A DNA stretch of 34,200 bases from a virus. Lineage: Duplodnaviria > Heunggongvirae > Uroviricota > Caudoviricetes. This document shows, piece after piece, positions 1 to 9,622 of this stretch (position 1 is the stretch's first letter; the number at the start of each line of letters is the position of its first letter). The position numbers were made by a program, and so were the translations under genes. Location of the stretch: the IMG/VR virus record IMGVR_UViG_3300027692_000003; one strand, written 5' to 3'. The notes beneath the pieces were generated by a model. It was not told the origin of the DNA and ran no database searches. It saw nothing but the letters and a program-made list of their open reading frames with translations.

Positions 1-1
1 C

Positions 2-580
2 GGACTGCAGCGGCCGCCGGCTGAGCTGCTCCGGTACCGGGGCTGGGCTGGCCCGCAGACCGAGAACAGGTACTCGCACTGGATCTGGCGCCAGTACGCC
101 TCATCGGTATGGGACGACGTGCGCGGGAACCTCGGCCTGCCGGACGACGAGCAGGGTGTGCTCCCGTACCGCGGATCCCGTGGCGAGGATGACGAGCGGC
201 ACGTCCACCCGCTCCAGCTCGATGTCATCCGCCGTGTCATCGACATGCGCACCAACCCGGGGGAGACGGTGCTCACCCCGTTCCTGGGAGTCGGCTCGGA
301 AGTGTATGCCGCGGTGGAGCTCGGCCGGCGGGGCATCGGCGCCGAACTGAAACCCAGCTACTACCGGCAGGCTGTCAGGAACCTCGCCGCCCAGGCAGAA
401 CCGCAGGCCGAGCAATGCGAGCTCGGCCTGCTCGCATCCGGCGGGGACGATGGCAGCCTCCAGCCCGGCAGTGCCGGCGATCCGGTTCTAGCCGGCACCC
501 CAGGCCCCCGGCGTCAGCCTGCCCGCCTCGACCTTTCCAGCCGGGCCGTCGTGCCCGCCGAGACCAGGGATGACGCATGA
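2..580 (+). CDS. DNA methyltransferase (N4C/N6A family), C-terminal part; 5' end outside window
   Basis: Frame open from base 2; HVHPLQLDVIRR...TNPGETVLTPFLGVGSE (SAM-binding FxGxG) and GIGAELKPSYY motifs. Confidence 0.85.
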   Translation, partial: GLQRPPAELLRYRGWAGPQTENRYSHWIWRQYASSVWDDVRGNLGLPDDEQGVLPYRGSRGEDDERHVHPLQLDVIRRVIDMRTNPGETVLTPFLGVGSEVYAAVELGRRGIGAELKPSYYRQAVRNLAAQAEPQAEQCELGLLASGGDDGSLQPGSAGDPVLAGTPGPRRQPARLDLSSRAVVPAETRDDA

Positions 581-1143
581 TCACCTACCAGACCGATGAC
601 CCGGACATCATCAGGGCATGGGCCGGTGTCCTGCGGGCGCTCGGCGATTACCGGTCGAGGATCCGGGCGCTGGCCGCAGGGGCGGGTGCGGGCCGGTCGG
701 AGGTGCTGTTCGCCGGGGAGTCCGGTCCGTTCCCCGGCAAGTGGACGGGTATCGATGTCCCGTCAGGGTGCCAGGTCCCGGCCGGGTGGATGCTGGGGGG
801 GAGCAGGCTCGCGGTCCTGGACCGGGCTAGTGACCCGGGGCGCCGTTACGCTGAAGGCTTCGACTCGGCACGGTACCCCCGCCCGCGGCATCACCTGCAT
901 GACCTCGGGATGCCGGTCAGTGTCCTCGGCCCTGGCGGCGTCCCGGTACCGACCTCGGTATCGTTCGGCGGCGGGGTCCTCCAGGTTCACTGGGGGACAC
1001 CAGGCGGGGACGGCCCGGATGAGGTGCCGGGCGTCGATGCCGTGCTGTGGCGGCGTCTGGACGGCGCTGCGGCTGCCGGGGCACCCCCCGCGGCTGCCGG
1101 GCATCTCCCTGCCGGCGTGGCAGTGTCAGGGGGGCCGCGGTGA
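577..1143 (+). CDS. hypothetical protein
   Basis: ATGA overlap with upstream stop and GTGA overlap with downstream gene. Confidence 0.6.
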   Translation: MITYQTDDPDIIRAWAGVLRALGDYRSRIRALAAGAGAGRSEVLFAGESGPFPGKWTGIDVPSGCQVPAGWMLGGSRLAVLDRASDPGRRYAEGFDSARYPRPRHHLHDLGMPVSVLGPGGVPVPTSVSFGGGVLQVHWGTPGGDGPDEVPGVDAVLWRRLDGAAAAGAPPAAAGHLPAGVAVSGGPR

Positions 1144-4100
1144 GCACCAGCACCGTGCTGCGGCCCCGGGAGCAGCAGATCGAGCAGCTGGCCGCCCTCG
1201 CCACCATCCTGGCGGTGCATGACCGTGCGCAGCTGATCGCCGCGTGCGGGAGCGGGAAGACCCTCACCGCCCGGTGGCACGCCCAGGCGTCCGGTGCCCG
1301 CCTGATCATCGTGTTCGTGCCGAGCCTGGCGCTGGTCGCCCAGACTCTCGGGGAGTGGCGCCGCGCCGGGGGCTGGCAGTTCACCGCGCAGGTGATCTGC
1401 TCCGACCCGGGCACCGCCGAGGGTGCCGCGGAGCGGGCCGACGAGGCCGGCGGTGACGTGGAGGGCGGCTTCTGGCGGCAGGTGTCCGCTTCGGTCACGA
1501 CGGACCCGGCCCGGGCCGCCGCCCAGCTGCGTCGCGCTGCACCGGGCCGGCCGCATGTCGTGTTCTGCACGTATCATTCCGCTGCGGTCGCCGCGGCGGC
1601 GTGCACGATCTCCGGGGCCGTGTTCGACCTCCTGATCGCCGACGAGGCGCATCACCTGGCGGGGCGTCCCCGGCCGGTGTTCCGGCTGGTCCTGGACCGC
1701 CGGGCGATGCCGGCCCGGAAACGGCTGTTCATGACCGCGACCCCGGAAGTGATCACCGGGGTCGGCGCGCTCGATGACACCCTGTCGATGGATGACCGGC
1801 ATGTCTTCGGCCCGGTCGCCCACACCTTCAGCTTCGGTGCCGCTATCAGGGCCGGGCGGCTCGTGGACTACCAGGTGGTGTGCATCGCCCGCCGTCCCGG
1901 GGACCTGCCAGCCAGCAGCCGGGCGGCGGGGGTGCTCCCGTACGCGGTGGCGCGCACCGTCGCCGACCACGGGCTGCGGTCGGTGCTGTCCTTCCACAAC
2001 TTCAACGCGGACTCTGCCGCGTTCGCCGCGGCGGTGAACGGCGGGAAGCTGCGTGACGGCCGTGTCGTCGCTGCCCGTGCGGTGCGGGGGAAGTCCGGCA
2101 CCGACGGCCCCGGATTCGCCGCTGCGCGGGCCCGTGACCTGGCATGGCTCGGCGGCGCCAGCATCCCGGGCGAGGACCCCGCCGGTGATGACGGGTGCAG
2201 GGTCATCTCCTCGGCCCGGTGCCTGCAGGAAGGCATCGACGTGCCCGCCGTCGACGGGATCGTGTTCGCTGACCCGCGGAACTCGGTCACCGCCGTGATC
2301 CAGGCGGTCGGCCGGGCCCTGCGCCCCGCACCGGGCAAGACCATGGCCACCATCATCGTCCCCGTCGCCCTGCCCGACGAAGGCGACGACGACACGGAGC
2401 TGATCACCAGCCAGTTCAAGGTCGTGTGGGCGGTGCTGCGGGCCCTCCGTGCCCATGACGAGCGCCTCGCGGAGGAGATCGACGCCGGGATCCGCAGCCG
2501 CGCCGGCGGGGGCCGGGGAGGCGGCCTCAAGAGCCGGGTCCTGTTCGACCTGCCGCCCGGAATGGATGAGTCGGCGATCCGGACCCGGCTGGTCGAGAAC
2601 ACCGCGTCCGGGTGGGAACGGTTCTATCAGGCCCTCGTCGAGTACGCGGAGATCCACGGCGCCGCCCCGGCTAGCTGGCGGGTCGTGCACGCCGGGCGTG
2701 ACCTGGGTTTGTGGTGCCAGAAGCAGCGGGCCGCGCACCGTGACGGGCTCCTGGCCGCGTGGAAGGCGCAGCGGCTGGAGAAAGTCCCCGGCTGGTGCTG
2801 GGAACGTGAGCACGGCGTCTGGGTGGCGAACTGGGAGAGGCTGCGCGGCCTGGCCTGGTCCCTGCCCGGCGGCCTGCACCAGGACCCGGATGCCCCGTCC
2901 GTGTACGGCCCGGCTGGCAGAGGCCGGATCGCCGGGGTGAACGGGGTGAAGGACACCCTGAACCGGCCGATGGGGTACTGGGCCGCGACGCAGCGGCAGC
3001 TGCACCGTGACGGGATGCTCGACGAGCGGAAAGCCCGCCTCCTGGAGGAACTGCCCGGCTGGGACTGGGACGGCGGCCTCCCCGGCGGTGACGTCGCGAT
3101 GATCCAGGCGCTGCGCCTGTACGCCGAGTTCGAGAAGCACGGCAACGTCCCCGAAACCCACACCGAGGACGGCCTGGAACTGGGCCGGTGGGTGTGGGCG
3201 GTCCGCCGCCGCAAACTCACCGGCCGGCTCCACCCGGCCCTGCCCGAGGAGATCGCCGCAGCCGTCCCCCGCCGCCGGGGGCCCGGGACCGGCCGCGGAC
3301 GCCCGGTGGACTTCAGCTGGGAGCACGTCGAGACCCAGTGGCGGCTGGCGTACTCCGGGCTGCGCCAGTACGTCCGGGACGCCGGCACAGCCGCCGCCAT
3401 CCCCTATGACCTTGCTGTGGAGCTGCCCGACGCCACCGTGCAGGCCGGGCACTGGGTCCACCTGCAGCGGTACAAGCACCGGACCGGTGACCTGGACCCC
3501 AGGTTCACTGCGTGGCTGGAGGCACTGCCAGGCTGGGTGTGGGATCCCGGGTGCTCGAACGAGAACTTCGGTGAGCCTGCCGTCCTCCCGGACGGCGTGG
3601 AACACGGCAGCCCCTCCGCGTACGGGTCCCCCGCGAGCAACAGCAGATGCTACGGCTGCAAGTGCGAGACCTGCATACGGGGCCGCCGGGCCGCCGACAA
3701 GGAACGCGGCCAGCGGCGGAAAGCGGACCGGATGGACCGGCTCGGCGGACCGGTCAGCGCCCTGGACGCGAAGATCACGATCGCCCGGCTCGAAGCCGCC
3801 GGCGTGACACGCGGCCGGATCGCCGCCTGTTCCGGGGTCACGCTCGGCGTCATCCGGGACCTCGCCGAAGGCCGCACCGGCCTGGTGGCCCGGCAGCACG
3901 ACAAGGCCATCCGCGCGGTCACCATGGACACGATCCGGGCCATGCCGGCCCGGACCGGGTCCCGGGGCCGCGCCGTCACCGTCGACATGGAATGCATCGA
4001 CGCCCAGCCGACAGTCGCCCTGCTGCAGGACCTCCGTGACCGAGGGTTCGGGCCCTGCTGGGTCGCCCGCGAGCTCGACTACGCCACCAGCGTGTTCCAC

Positions 4101-4265
4101 CTGACCGGCCGCCGCAGCAGCAAGGTCAGACGGCGTGTCGCCGACGCGGTCGCCGCCCTGCACCAGCGGACCGGTGACCTGCACGCCCCGCCCCGGCAGG
4201 CCAGCAAGGCCGTCCCTCCGCTAGAGGAACTCCTGGCCCGGCAGCAGCGCGAGCAGGCCAGCTGA
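1140..4265 (+). CDS. SF2 (DEAD/DEAH, ResIII-like) helicase with C-terminal helicase-associated (HA) repeats
   Basis: GTG 1140 overlaps upstream stop; ACGSGKT, DEAHH, MTATP, LQEGIDVP, QAVGRALR motifs; repeated W..(Y/F)..L..Y....G..LG.W...QR..L..LPGW.W units. Confidence 0.9.
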   Translation: MSTSTVLRPREQQIEQLAALATILAVHDRAQLIAACGSGKTLTARWHAQASGARLIIVFVPSLALVAQTLGEWRRAGGWQFTAQVICSDPGTAEGAAERADEAGGDVEGGFWRQVSASVTTDPARAAAQLRRAAPGRPHVVFCTYHSAAVAAAACTISGAVFDLLIADEAHHLAGRPRPVFRLVLDRRAMPARKRLFMTATPEVITGVGALDDTLSMDDRHVFGPVAHTFSFGAAIRAGRLVDYQVVCIARRPGDLPASSRAAGVLPYAVARTVADHGLRSVLSFHNFNADSAAFAAAVNGGKLRDGRVVAARAVRGKSGTDGPGFAAARARDLAWLGGASIPGEDPAGDDGCRVISSARCLQEGIDVPAVDGIVFADPRNSVTAVIQAVGRALRPAPGKTMATIIVPVALPDEGDDDTELITSQFKVVWAVLRALRAHDERLAEEIDAGIRSRAGGGRGGGLKSRVLFDLPPGMDESAIRTRLVENTASGWERFYQALVEYAEIHGAAPASWRVVHAGRDLGLWCQKQRAAHRDGLLAAWKAQRLEKVPGWCWEREHGVWVANWERLRGLAWSLPGGLHQDPDAPSVYGPAGRGRIAGVNGVKDTLNRPMGYWAATQRQLHRDGMLDERKARLLEELPGWDWDGGLPGGDVAMIQALRLYAEFEKHGNVPETHTEDGLELGRWVWAVRRRKLTGRLHPALPEEIAAAVPRRRGPGTGRGRPVDFSWEHVETQWRLAYSGLRQYVRDAGTAAAIPYDLAVELPDATVQAGHWVHLQRYKHRTGDLDPRFTAWLEALPGWVWDPGCSNENFGEPAVLPDGVEHGSPSAYGSPASNSRCYGCKCETCIRGRRAADKERGQRRKADRMDRLGGPVSALDAKITIARLEAAGVTRGRIAACSGVTLGVIRDLAEGRTGLVARQHDKAIRAVTMDTIRAMPARTGSRGRAVTVDMECIDAQPTVALLQDLRDRGFGPCWVARELDYATSVFHLTGRRSSKVRRRVADAVAALHQRTGDLHAPPRQASKAVPPLEELLARQQREQAS

Positions 4266-4302
4266 TGAGGAGAACGCGCAGCGATGAGGAGGTAGGCAGC
4301 TG

Positions 4303-5235
4303 ATGGCCACGGGAATTTCCTGGACGGAAGAGACCTGGAACCCAACGACAGGCTGTGACAAGGTGTCGCCGGGCTGCGGCCTGCCGCGCTTCGACGGTGA
4401 CGACACGGGCGGCTGCTATGCGCTGGCGATGGCGAAGCGGCTCAAGGCAATGGGGCAGGCCAAGTACCAGAAAGACGGCGACCCGCGTACGAGCGGGCCA
4501 GGCTTCGGGCTGACGGTTCACCCGGACGCACTCACGCTGCCGCTGAGGTGGCGTAAGCCGCGCCGGATCTTCGTCAACTCCATGAGCGACCTCGGGCATG
4601 CCCGGGTCCCTGCCGAGTTCCAGGCGCAGGTCTGGGCCGTGATGGCTATGGCGCAGCAGCACACGTTCCAGGTCCTCACCAAGCGGCCGGAGAGGCTGCG
4701 GCGGCTCCTGCAGGACGACTGCCGGTGCGGCGAGGGGCACGCCCCGGGCGTCCACTTCCGTTCCGCTATGGACTGGGCCGGGACGCCGCACAGCCCGGTG
4801 TACGTACCTGGTGTCGTCGGCGGCGACGTCTACCATCATCGCCAGTGGCCTCCGCCGAACGTCTGGGTGGGCACCTCGATTGAGCTGGACGAGTACTGCC
4901 GGCGCGCTGATGATCTGCGCGCGACCCCGGTCGCCGTCCGCTTCCTGTCGCTGGAGCCCTTGCTCGGCCCGCTGCCATCACTTGACCTGACCGGGATCGA
5001 CTGGGCGATCATCGGCGGCGAGTCGGGGCCCGGCGCGCGGCCGATGGACCTTGAGTGGGCGGCGGACCTGATCGGCCGGTGCCGCGACGCCGGGACGGCG
5101 GTCTTCGTCAAGCAGATGGGGAGTTGCTGGGCGCGTGAGCGCGGCGGCCAGAGCCACGGCGCGGACTGGTCACTGTGGCCTGAAGAGTTCCGGATCCGCG
5201 AGATGCCCCGCGTCGCCGAGCAGGTGACGGCATGA
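4303..5235 (+). CDS. DUF5131 / phage Gp37-Gp68 family protein
   Basis: ISWTEETWNPTTGCDKVSPGC..CYA, IFVNSMSDL, FQVLTKRP, FLSLEPLLGPL, IIGGESGPGARP, FVKQMG; GGAGG RBS. Confidence 0.9.
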   Translation: MATGISWTEETWNPTTGCDKVSPGCGLPRFDGDDTGGCYALAMAKRLKAMGQAKYQKDGDPRTSGPGFGLTVHPDALTLPLRWRKPRRIFVNSMSDLGHARVPAEFQAQVWAVMAMAQQHTFQVLTKRPERLRRLLQDDCRCGEGHAPGVHFRSAMDWAGTPHSPVYVPGVVGGDVYHHRQWPPPNVWVGTSIELDEYCRRADDLRATPVAVRFLSLEPLLGPLPSLDLTGIDWAIIGGESGPGARPMDLEWAADLIGRCRDAGTAVFVKQMGSCWARERGGQSHGADWSLWPEEFRIREMPRVAEQVTA

Positions 5236-5305
5236 GGATCTACCTCGCAGGCCCTGCGGCTCCAGAGGTCACGTGGCAGTCCTCGACCGCTCCTGAGGTT
5301 CCGGC

Positions 5306-5674
5306 ATGAGCGACAGGACACCGGCAGAGACCATCCGCGAGGCGGCGAAGCTGATGCGGGAACGGGCCGAAGCGGTGGACGCCGAGATGGCGAGCAACCC
5401 GTACTGGGCCTCCGATCCTGAGCAGTCACCTGCGCCCGCCAGGAGTGAGCGGTACCGCCTCGGAGTGACCGGCGGCCTCGGCGGCGCTTCGGGTGAGATG
5501 GCGTCGGCGTGGGATATCGACGCTAACCTCGCCGTCGGTGACTGGCTCGACTCAGAAGCCGGACGGGCTGACGGCATGGACGGCTACGAGGACAGCGACG
5601 CCTACCCGCTGATGCTGGAGGGCTTCCGGCATCCGCTCGCCGTCGCCCGTCTCTACCTCGGTGAGGTGGCCTGA
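5306..5674 (+). CDS. phage hypothetical protein
   Basis: TPAETIREAAKLMRERA start typical of actinophage small proteins; coupled to next gene. Confidence 0.65.
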   Translation: MSDRTPAETIREAAKLMRERAEAVDAEMASNPYWASDPEQSPAPARSERYRLGVTGGLGGASGEMASAWDIDANLAVGDWLDSEAGRADGMDGYEDSDAYPLMLEGFRHPLAVARLYLGEVA

Positions 5675-5799
5675 TGGCCCCCTGGTGGTCCTGGATACCC
5701 CTGGCTGTCACCGGGTTCTGCGGGCTCATCGTGCTCGCCACGCTGATCTGGCGCGGACCCGGCAAGCGCACCGAGGACAACGAGGCCGACTGTGGCTGA
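5674..5799 (+). CDS. small membrane protein (41 aa)
   Basis: TGATG overlap, GAGG RBS; MAPWWSWIPLAVTGFCGLIVLATLIWRG single hydrophobic helix; below ORF-track cutoff. Confidence 0.55.
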   Translation: MAPWWSWIPLAVTGFCGLIVLATLIWRGPGKRTEDNEADCG

Positions 5800-6168
5800 C
5801 GGGAGCAAGTGCGAGGCAATGGAGTTCATGAACGGCACCCCGTGCCCGGCTAAGGCGGCCGTGGCGCGTCCAGGTCGGCTTGCGGCAGACGGATGCGCAG
5901 CTGAGCTGCGGCCGGCATCTGAGCATGACGTGCGGTGCCATGTCCCAGGCAGAGGGGCGCGATGTGGCGCTCACCGTCACGGCGGTGAGGGGATGAGCGC
6001 GCCCTGCATCTATATGTCCCGGCCAGGCGCGGCACATGCGCCGCGGGCGGAGGCACCCGCCCCGCCCACGGGAGGCGCCCAGCGGGGCGGTACGACGGCG
6101 CGCCGCAAGCAGCTGGAGCGCGACATAGGCCGCCTTGAGGCCCTGCGCTCGCAGATTGAGGCGGCGCC

Positions 6169-6471
6169 GTGACACCCGCACCTGATCGCCGCCGGGCTGG
6201 TGACATCGTGACCGCCTTCGCTGACCGGTGCGTCCGGGTCTACTACAAGGGCAGTGACCTGGCCCACCTTCAGGGTCCTGACGGTGAGGTGGTGTGCCCG
6301 ATGGCGCCGCCGCTGTGCCGGGTGTGGCTGGGTACCGGCAACGTGCAGGAGGCGGCGCGGGCTGGACGTCTGGAGCTGTGCAGGGTCTGCGCGGCCCGGG
6401 CCGCCGCCGTAGACGCCGCCGGGACCGTTCCTGCCCCCGTCGCGGCGGCTGGCCCTGGAGGCACCCGGTGA
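6169..6471 (+). CDS. hypothetical protein (Cys-containing)
   Basis: GTGA coupling at both ends; WLGTG...LELCRVC. Confidence 0.5.
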   Translation: MTPAPDRRRAGDIVTAFADRCVRVYYKGSDLAHLQGPDGEVVCPMAPPLCRVWLGTGNVQEAARAGRLELCRVCAARAAAVDAAGTVPAPVAAAGPGGTR

Positions 6472-7049
6472 CCCGCAGGAGCCGCCCTGAAGACCACCTG
6501 GCACCCCGCCGAGCCCCCGGGGTGCCGCAGGATCCCGGCCGCAGCCGCGAGGTTACCGCGACGGCTGCGGCCGGGCCACGACGTCCCGCCGCGTCAGGAG
6601 GGGAGACCGGTGCGCGGCGGGACACCAGTGTGCTGCCCGGGACCGGCCGTTCCCCGGCCCCGGACAGCACCCACTGGACACCGGGGGGGACCAACGAGAT
6701 CGACGCCAGGGCCGCCGCCAGCCTCAAGGCCGGGCGCCTGGCGATGGGCCTGACCCAGCGGGAATTCGCCGACCGGGCCGGGCTGAGCAAGGGCATGGTC
6801 TGCCAGCTGGAGACCGGGGTGAAGGGATTCACCACCGGGACGCTCATCAAGGTCGCCGCCGTCCTCGGGGACGACCCGTCGGACCTGATCCGGCCTGGGC
6901 GATCCGTAGATGCCACGGCACCGCCGGATCCTGATCCACCGCGGCTCGCGCGCCGCTCCGTATTACCGAACGTGCCTGAGGAACAGATGAGGATGCTGAG
7001 CGGAAGGACGGCCCGGGTTGGCCATCAGCGGCATGCACCGGGTGAGGTT
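6468..7049 (+). CDS. XRE-family HTH domain, in frame with downstream replication protein (no stop between; start uncertain)
   Basis: LKAGRLAMGLTQREFADRAGLSKGMVCQLETG...TLIKVAAVLG within ORF 6294..7937. Confidence 0.6.
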
Positions 7050-7937
7050 ATGGGCATCAAGCTCATAATCGAGGTGCTGGATCACTACCACGGCCCCGAT
7101 GCCCGCAAGCTGTGGCTGCTCGCATGGGCGGAGAAGGCGAACGACGGGACGCGGGCCGGCTGGCCGACGCGCGAGGTCCTCGCGCACCGCACCGGGCGAT
7201 CGCCCGTGCGCGTGTCGAATGTTGCCAGCGAGCTCGTTGCCGAGGGAGTCCTGAAACGGGACGGCGGCGGCAACCGCGGCGGGCCGGCGCGGTACATCAT
7301 GCTGCCCGTCGGTGACTCGCCAATGGGTTCGCTCAGGCCGAACCCTTCAGGCCCCCCGAATGGGTTCGGCCTGAGCGAACCCATTCGGGATCAAAAGGGT
7401 TCGGAATCGACGGTAAAGGGTTCGGAATCAGCTAGAAAGGGTTCGGGCCCGACGCCGCTAGCTGCAGCGATGCGCTCGCTACCCCTCATTAAACCCTCAG
7501 TAAAACAACCCTCACCCCCCCCTACCCCCCGCGGACCGTTCCCGATTCTCATCGCGGTGCCGGACATCCACCCGGAGGAGGAGGGACGGGAACGGGACCT
7601 GACCCCGAACCAGCTCGTCGCCGCGATCCGGCGTGAACGCCCGGACTGGCCGACGGCATCCATCGAGCGCGCCCTGGGTGATGCCGCCGTGACGGAACGC
7701 CCGTGGCCGCTGGTCTGCACCGCCGCGCTCATCGTCGCCCGGGACCCGGAATCGAAGCACGCCGGGCGGCTCTCCCGCGACGGTCCCTGGTGGGCGGCTG
7801 CCGCTGCGGCCCTAGGGCATTCCCCTCGTCCCCCGTGGTGCGGCCGGTGCGACAAGATCACACGCCTGACCGGCATGGACGGCGATGCCCCGTCCCGGTG
7901 CATGGCCTGCCATCCGTCGCACGTGAGGTCAGCATGA
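7050..7937 (+). CDS. phage replication initiator-like protein (N-terminal winged HTH, low-complexity linker, C-terminal CxxC..CxxC)
   Basis: GAGG RBS before ATG 7050; LLAWAEKAND...WPTREVLAHRTGRS..VSNVASELVAEGVLKR; iteron-like repeats inside the gene. Confidence 0.7.
   Translation: MGIKLIIEVLDHYHGPDARKLWLLAWAEKANDGTRAGWPTREVLAHRTGRSPVRVSNVASELVAEGVLKRDGGGNRGGPARYIMLPVGDSPMGSLRPNPSGPPNGFGLSEPIRDQKGSESTVKGSESARKGSGPTPLAAAMRSLPLIKPSVKQPSPPPTPRGPFPILIAVPDIHPEEEGRERDLTPNQLVAAIRRERPDWPTASIERALGDAAVTERPWPLVCTAALIVARDPESKHAGRLSRDGPWWAAAAAALGHSPRPPWCGRCDKITRLTGMDGDAPSRCMACHPSHVRSA
7322..7446. repeat. putative replication origin: 24-bp perfect inverted repeat plus three AAAGGGTTCGG direct repeats at 21-bp period
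   Basis: AATGGGTTCGCTCAGGCCGAACCC (7322-7345) / GGGTTCGGCCTGAGCGAACCCATT (7362-7385); direct repeats start 7394, 7415, 7436. Confidence 0.7.
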
Positions 7938-8272
7938 CCCAGACTCAGGCCATCGCCCCGTACCTGGCTCTCATCGCGGAGATCCTGCGCCCGGAATGGG
8001 ACCAGGGCGTCCTGGGGGATGCGCTGACCGCGGCGGACGCCGGGGGCTGGACCCCGCAGCGGCTGATCCGCGAGTTCACGCGGCTGGCGTGCTCCCCGGA
8101 CGGTACCCCGGGGGACCTGCTGAACGCGGCGGTGAAACCTGCCCGGAGACGGCCGGGACCGGCGGAGATCCCGCTGGGCGCCGGCCATGCCGCGTACCAC
8201 GCGGAACTGGCCAGGCTCCGTGCGAAACCGCCCCTGCCCGAGCACGACGCCCGCCACCGCGGCGCGGCCTGA
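7934..8272 (+). CDS. hypothetical protein
   Basis: ATGA overlap, GAGG RBS. Confidence 0.6.
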   Translation: MTQTQAIAPYLALIAEILRPEWDQGVLGDALTAADAGGWTPQRLIREFTRLACSPDGTPGDLLNAAVKPARRRPGPAEIPLGAGHAAYHAELARLRAKPPLPEHDARHRGAA

Positions 8273-8296
8273 GACCCGAGACCCGAGACCCGAGAC
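8271..8296. repeat. short tandem repeat (GAGACCC)x3.7
   Basis: gagacccgagacccgagacccgagac in the intergenic gap. Confidence 0.8.
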
Positions 8297-8307
8297 GGAA
8301 GGAAACC

Positions 8308-9333
8308 ATGACAACCACGGCACCCGAGACTACGACCAGGGCCACGGCCGGCGTGTGGCCCGCACTGGGCCCGCACGCTGACCTGCCGCTGTACGTGAAC
8401 GTCACCGACTGCGGATGCCCCGAGCCCGCCCCCGGCGCACCCGGCCGGGGCGACTGGATCCAGGCCCACCCTGAGGGCGCCGGCCCGGCTGGCGAGCAGG
8501 TCTGCCTCCTCGCCGAGGACGGCCGGTACTGCCCGGAATGCACCCGCCTCGCCGGGACCCCGGTCCCGCCGGGCGAGTGCCCGCTGCAGGCTGCGATCGC
8601 CGCAGGGGCTGCCCTGGCCGCCCCCGCGGCGGCCGCCGCGGGGGCCGCCATCGCCGCCGGCTGGAACGACGGCTGGCACGCCATCCGGGCCGCCCCTGCC
8701 GGCAGCCCGGCCAGGTGGGTGACCGCCGTCTGCGGCCAGCCGGCACGGGTCATGCACGGGGACGGGACGCCGAGGACCGCCTGGGGTGCGCTGACCGGGC
8801 GGTGCCCGGAATGCTCGTGGACCGTCGCGGCAGAATCCGGGCGCCTCGCTGCGGAGGTTGCCCGGCTGGCACCGTCCCGTGCCGATGCCGGGTTCCTGGC
8901 CGGCCTGATCCCGGACCCGGGGATCGCCGGCACCGCGGCGGTGTCCCTGATCTGCGCGGCGATCATCGCCGGTCATGACCTGCCGGGGCGGTGGCCGGTC
9001 CGGGTCCTCGCCGCGGTCACCCGGCACGCCCCCGTCCTGATCCTCGCCCCGGCATGCACGGACGGGTCGTGTGAGCATGCCGCCGCCGGCGGCGGGGTGT
9101 GCCCGCCCGGCCTGGCGGTGTGCGGGACCTGCAGCCTGCCCGGCCTCGGCGCGGGCGGGGAGCCGGACGGGACCTGGCGGCCGGAATGCGTGATCGCGGC
9201 CCCGTGCGCGCCCCTGGCCGTCCTCGCCGCCTCGGCGACGGCCGCGCTGGCGGACGCGAACCGGGTCGCGTCACTGCGGCGCCCGCGGCTCGCCGGGCAG
9301 CTGGCGGCTGGGGAGGCGGCGGCCGGTGCCTGA
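8308..9333 (+). CDS. Cys-rich hypothetical protein
   Basis: AAGGAA RBS, ATG 8308; several CxxC motifs (YCPEC, RCPEC, VCGTC). Confidence 0.6.
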   Translation: MTTTAPETTTRATAGVWPALGPHADLPLYVNVTDCGCPEPAPGAPGRGDWIQAHPEGAGPAGEQVCLLAEDGRYCPECTRLAGTPVPPGECPLQAAIAAGAALAAPAAAAAGAAIAAGWNDGWHAIRAAPAGSPARWVTAVCGQPARVMHGDGTPRTAWGALTGRCPECSWTVAAESGRLAAEVARLAPSRADAGFLAGLIPDPGIAGTAAVSLICAAIIAGHDLPGRWPVRVLAAVTRHAPVLILAPACTDGSCEHAAAGGGVCPPGLAVCGTCSLPGLGAGGEPDGTWRPECVIAAPCAPLAVLAASATAALADANRVASLRRPRLAGQLAAGEAAAGA

Positions 9334-9622
9334 CACGCTCACGGGCACCCGGCCGCGGGACGTGCAGCACCGGGCCGCTGACTGGCGTGACCTGGCGGCA
9401 TGCGTGGGCACCGACCCTGACCTGTTCTTCCCGCCCGGCATCAGCGGTCCCGGTGCGGTCCAGGCTGAGCAGGCCAAGGCGGTCTGCCGCCGCTGCGGCG
9501 TCGCACCGGCGTGCCTGCGGTACGCGATGGGCTGCGGGGTCACCGGGGTCTGGGGCGGCACCACCGAAGCCGAGCGCATCGAGGCCAGACGGGCCGCGGG
9601 CCACGCCGGCGGTGCACCGTGA
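9326..9622 (+). CDS. whiB: WhiB-family Fe-S transcription regulator
   Basis: DWRDLAAC..TDPDLFFP, AKAVCRRC...C, GVWGGTTEAER. Confidence 0.92.
   Translation: MPDTLTGTRPRDVQHRAADWRDLAACVGTDPDLFFPPGISGPGAVQAEQAKAVCRRCGVAPACLRYAMGCGVTGVWGGTTEAERIEARRAAGHAGGAP

Noticed and set aside
987-4184. 1065-aa minus-strand ORF (likewise 20179..21717, 31099..32688, 18633..20063)
   Set aside because: Antisense shadows of well-supported + strand genes in high-GC DNA; no motifs
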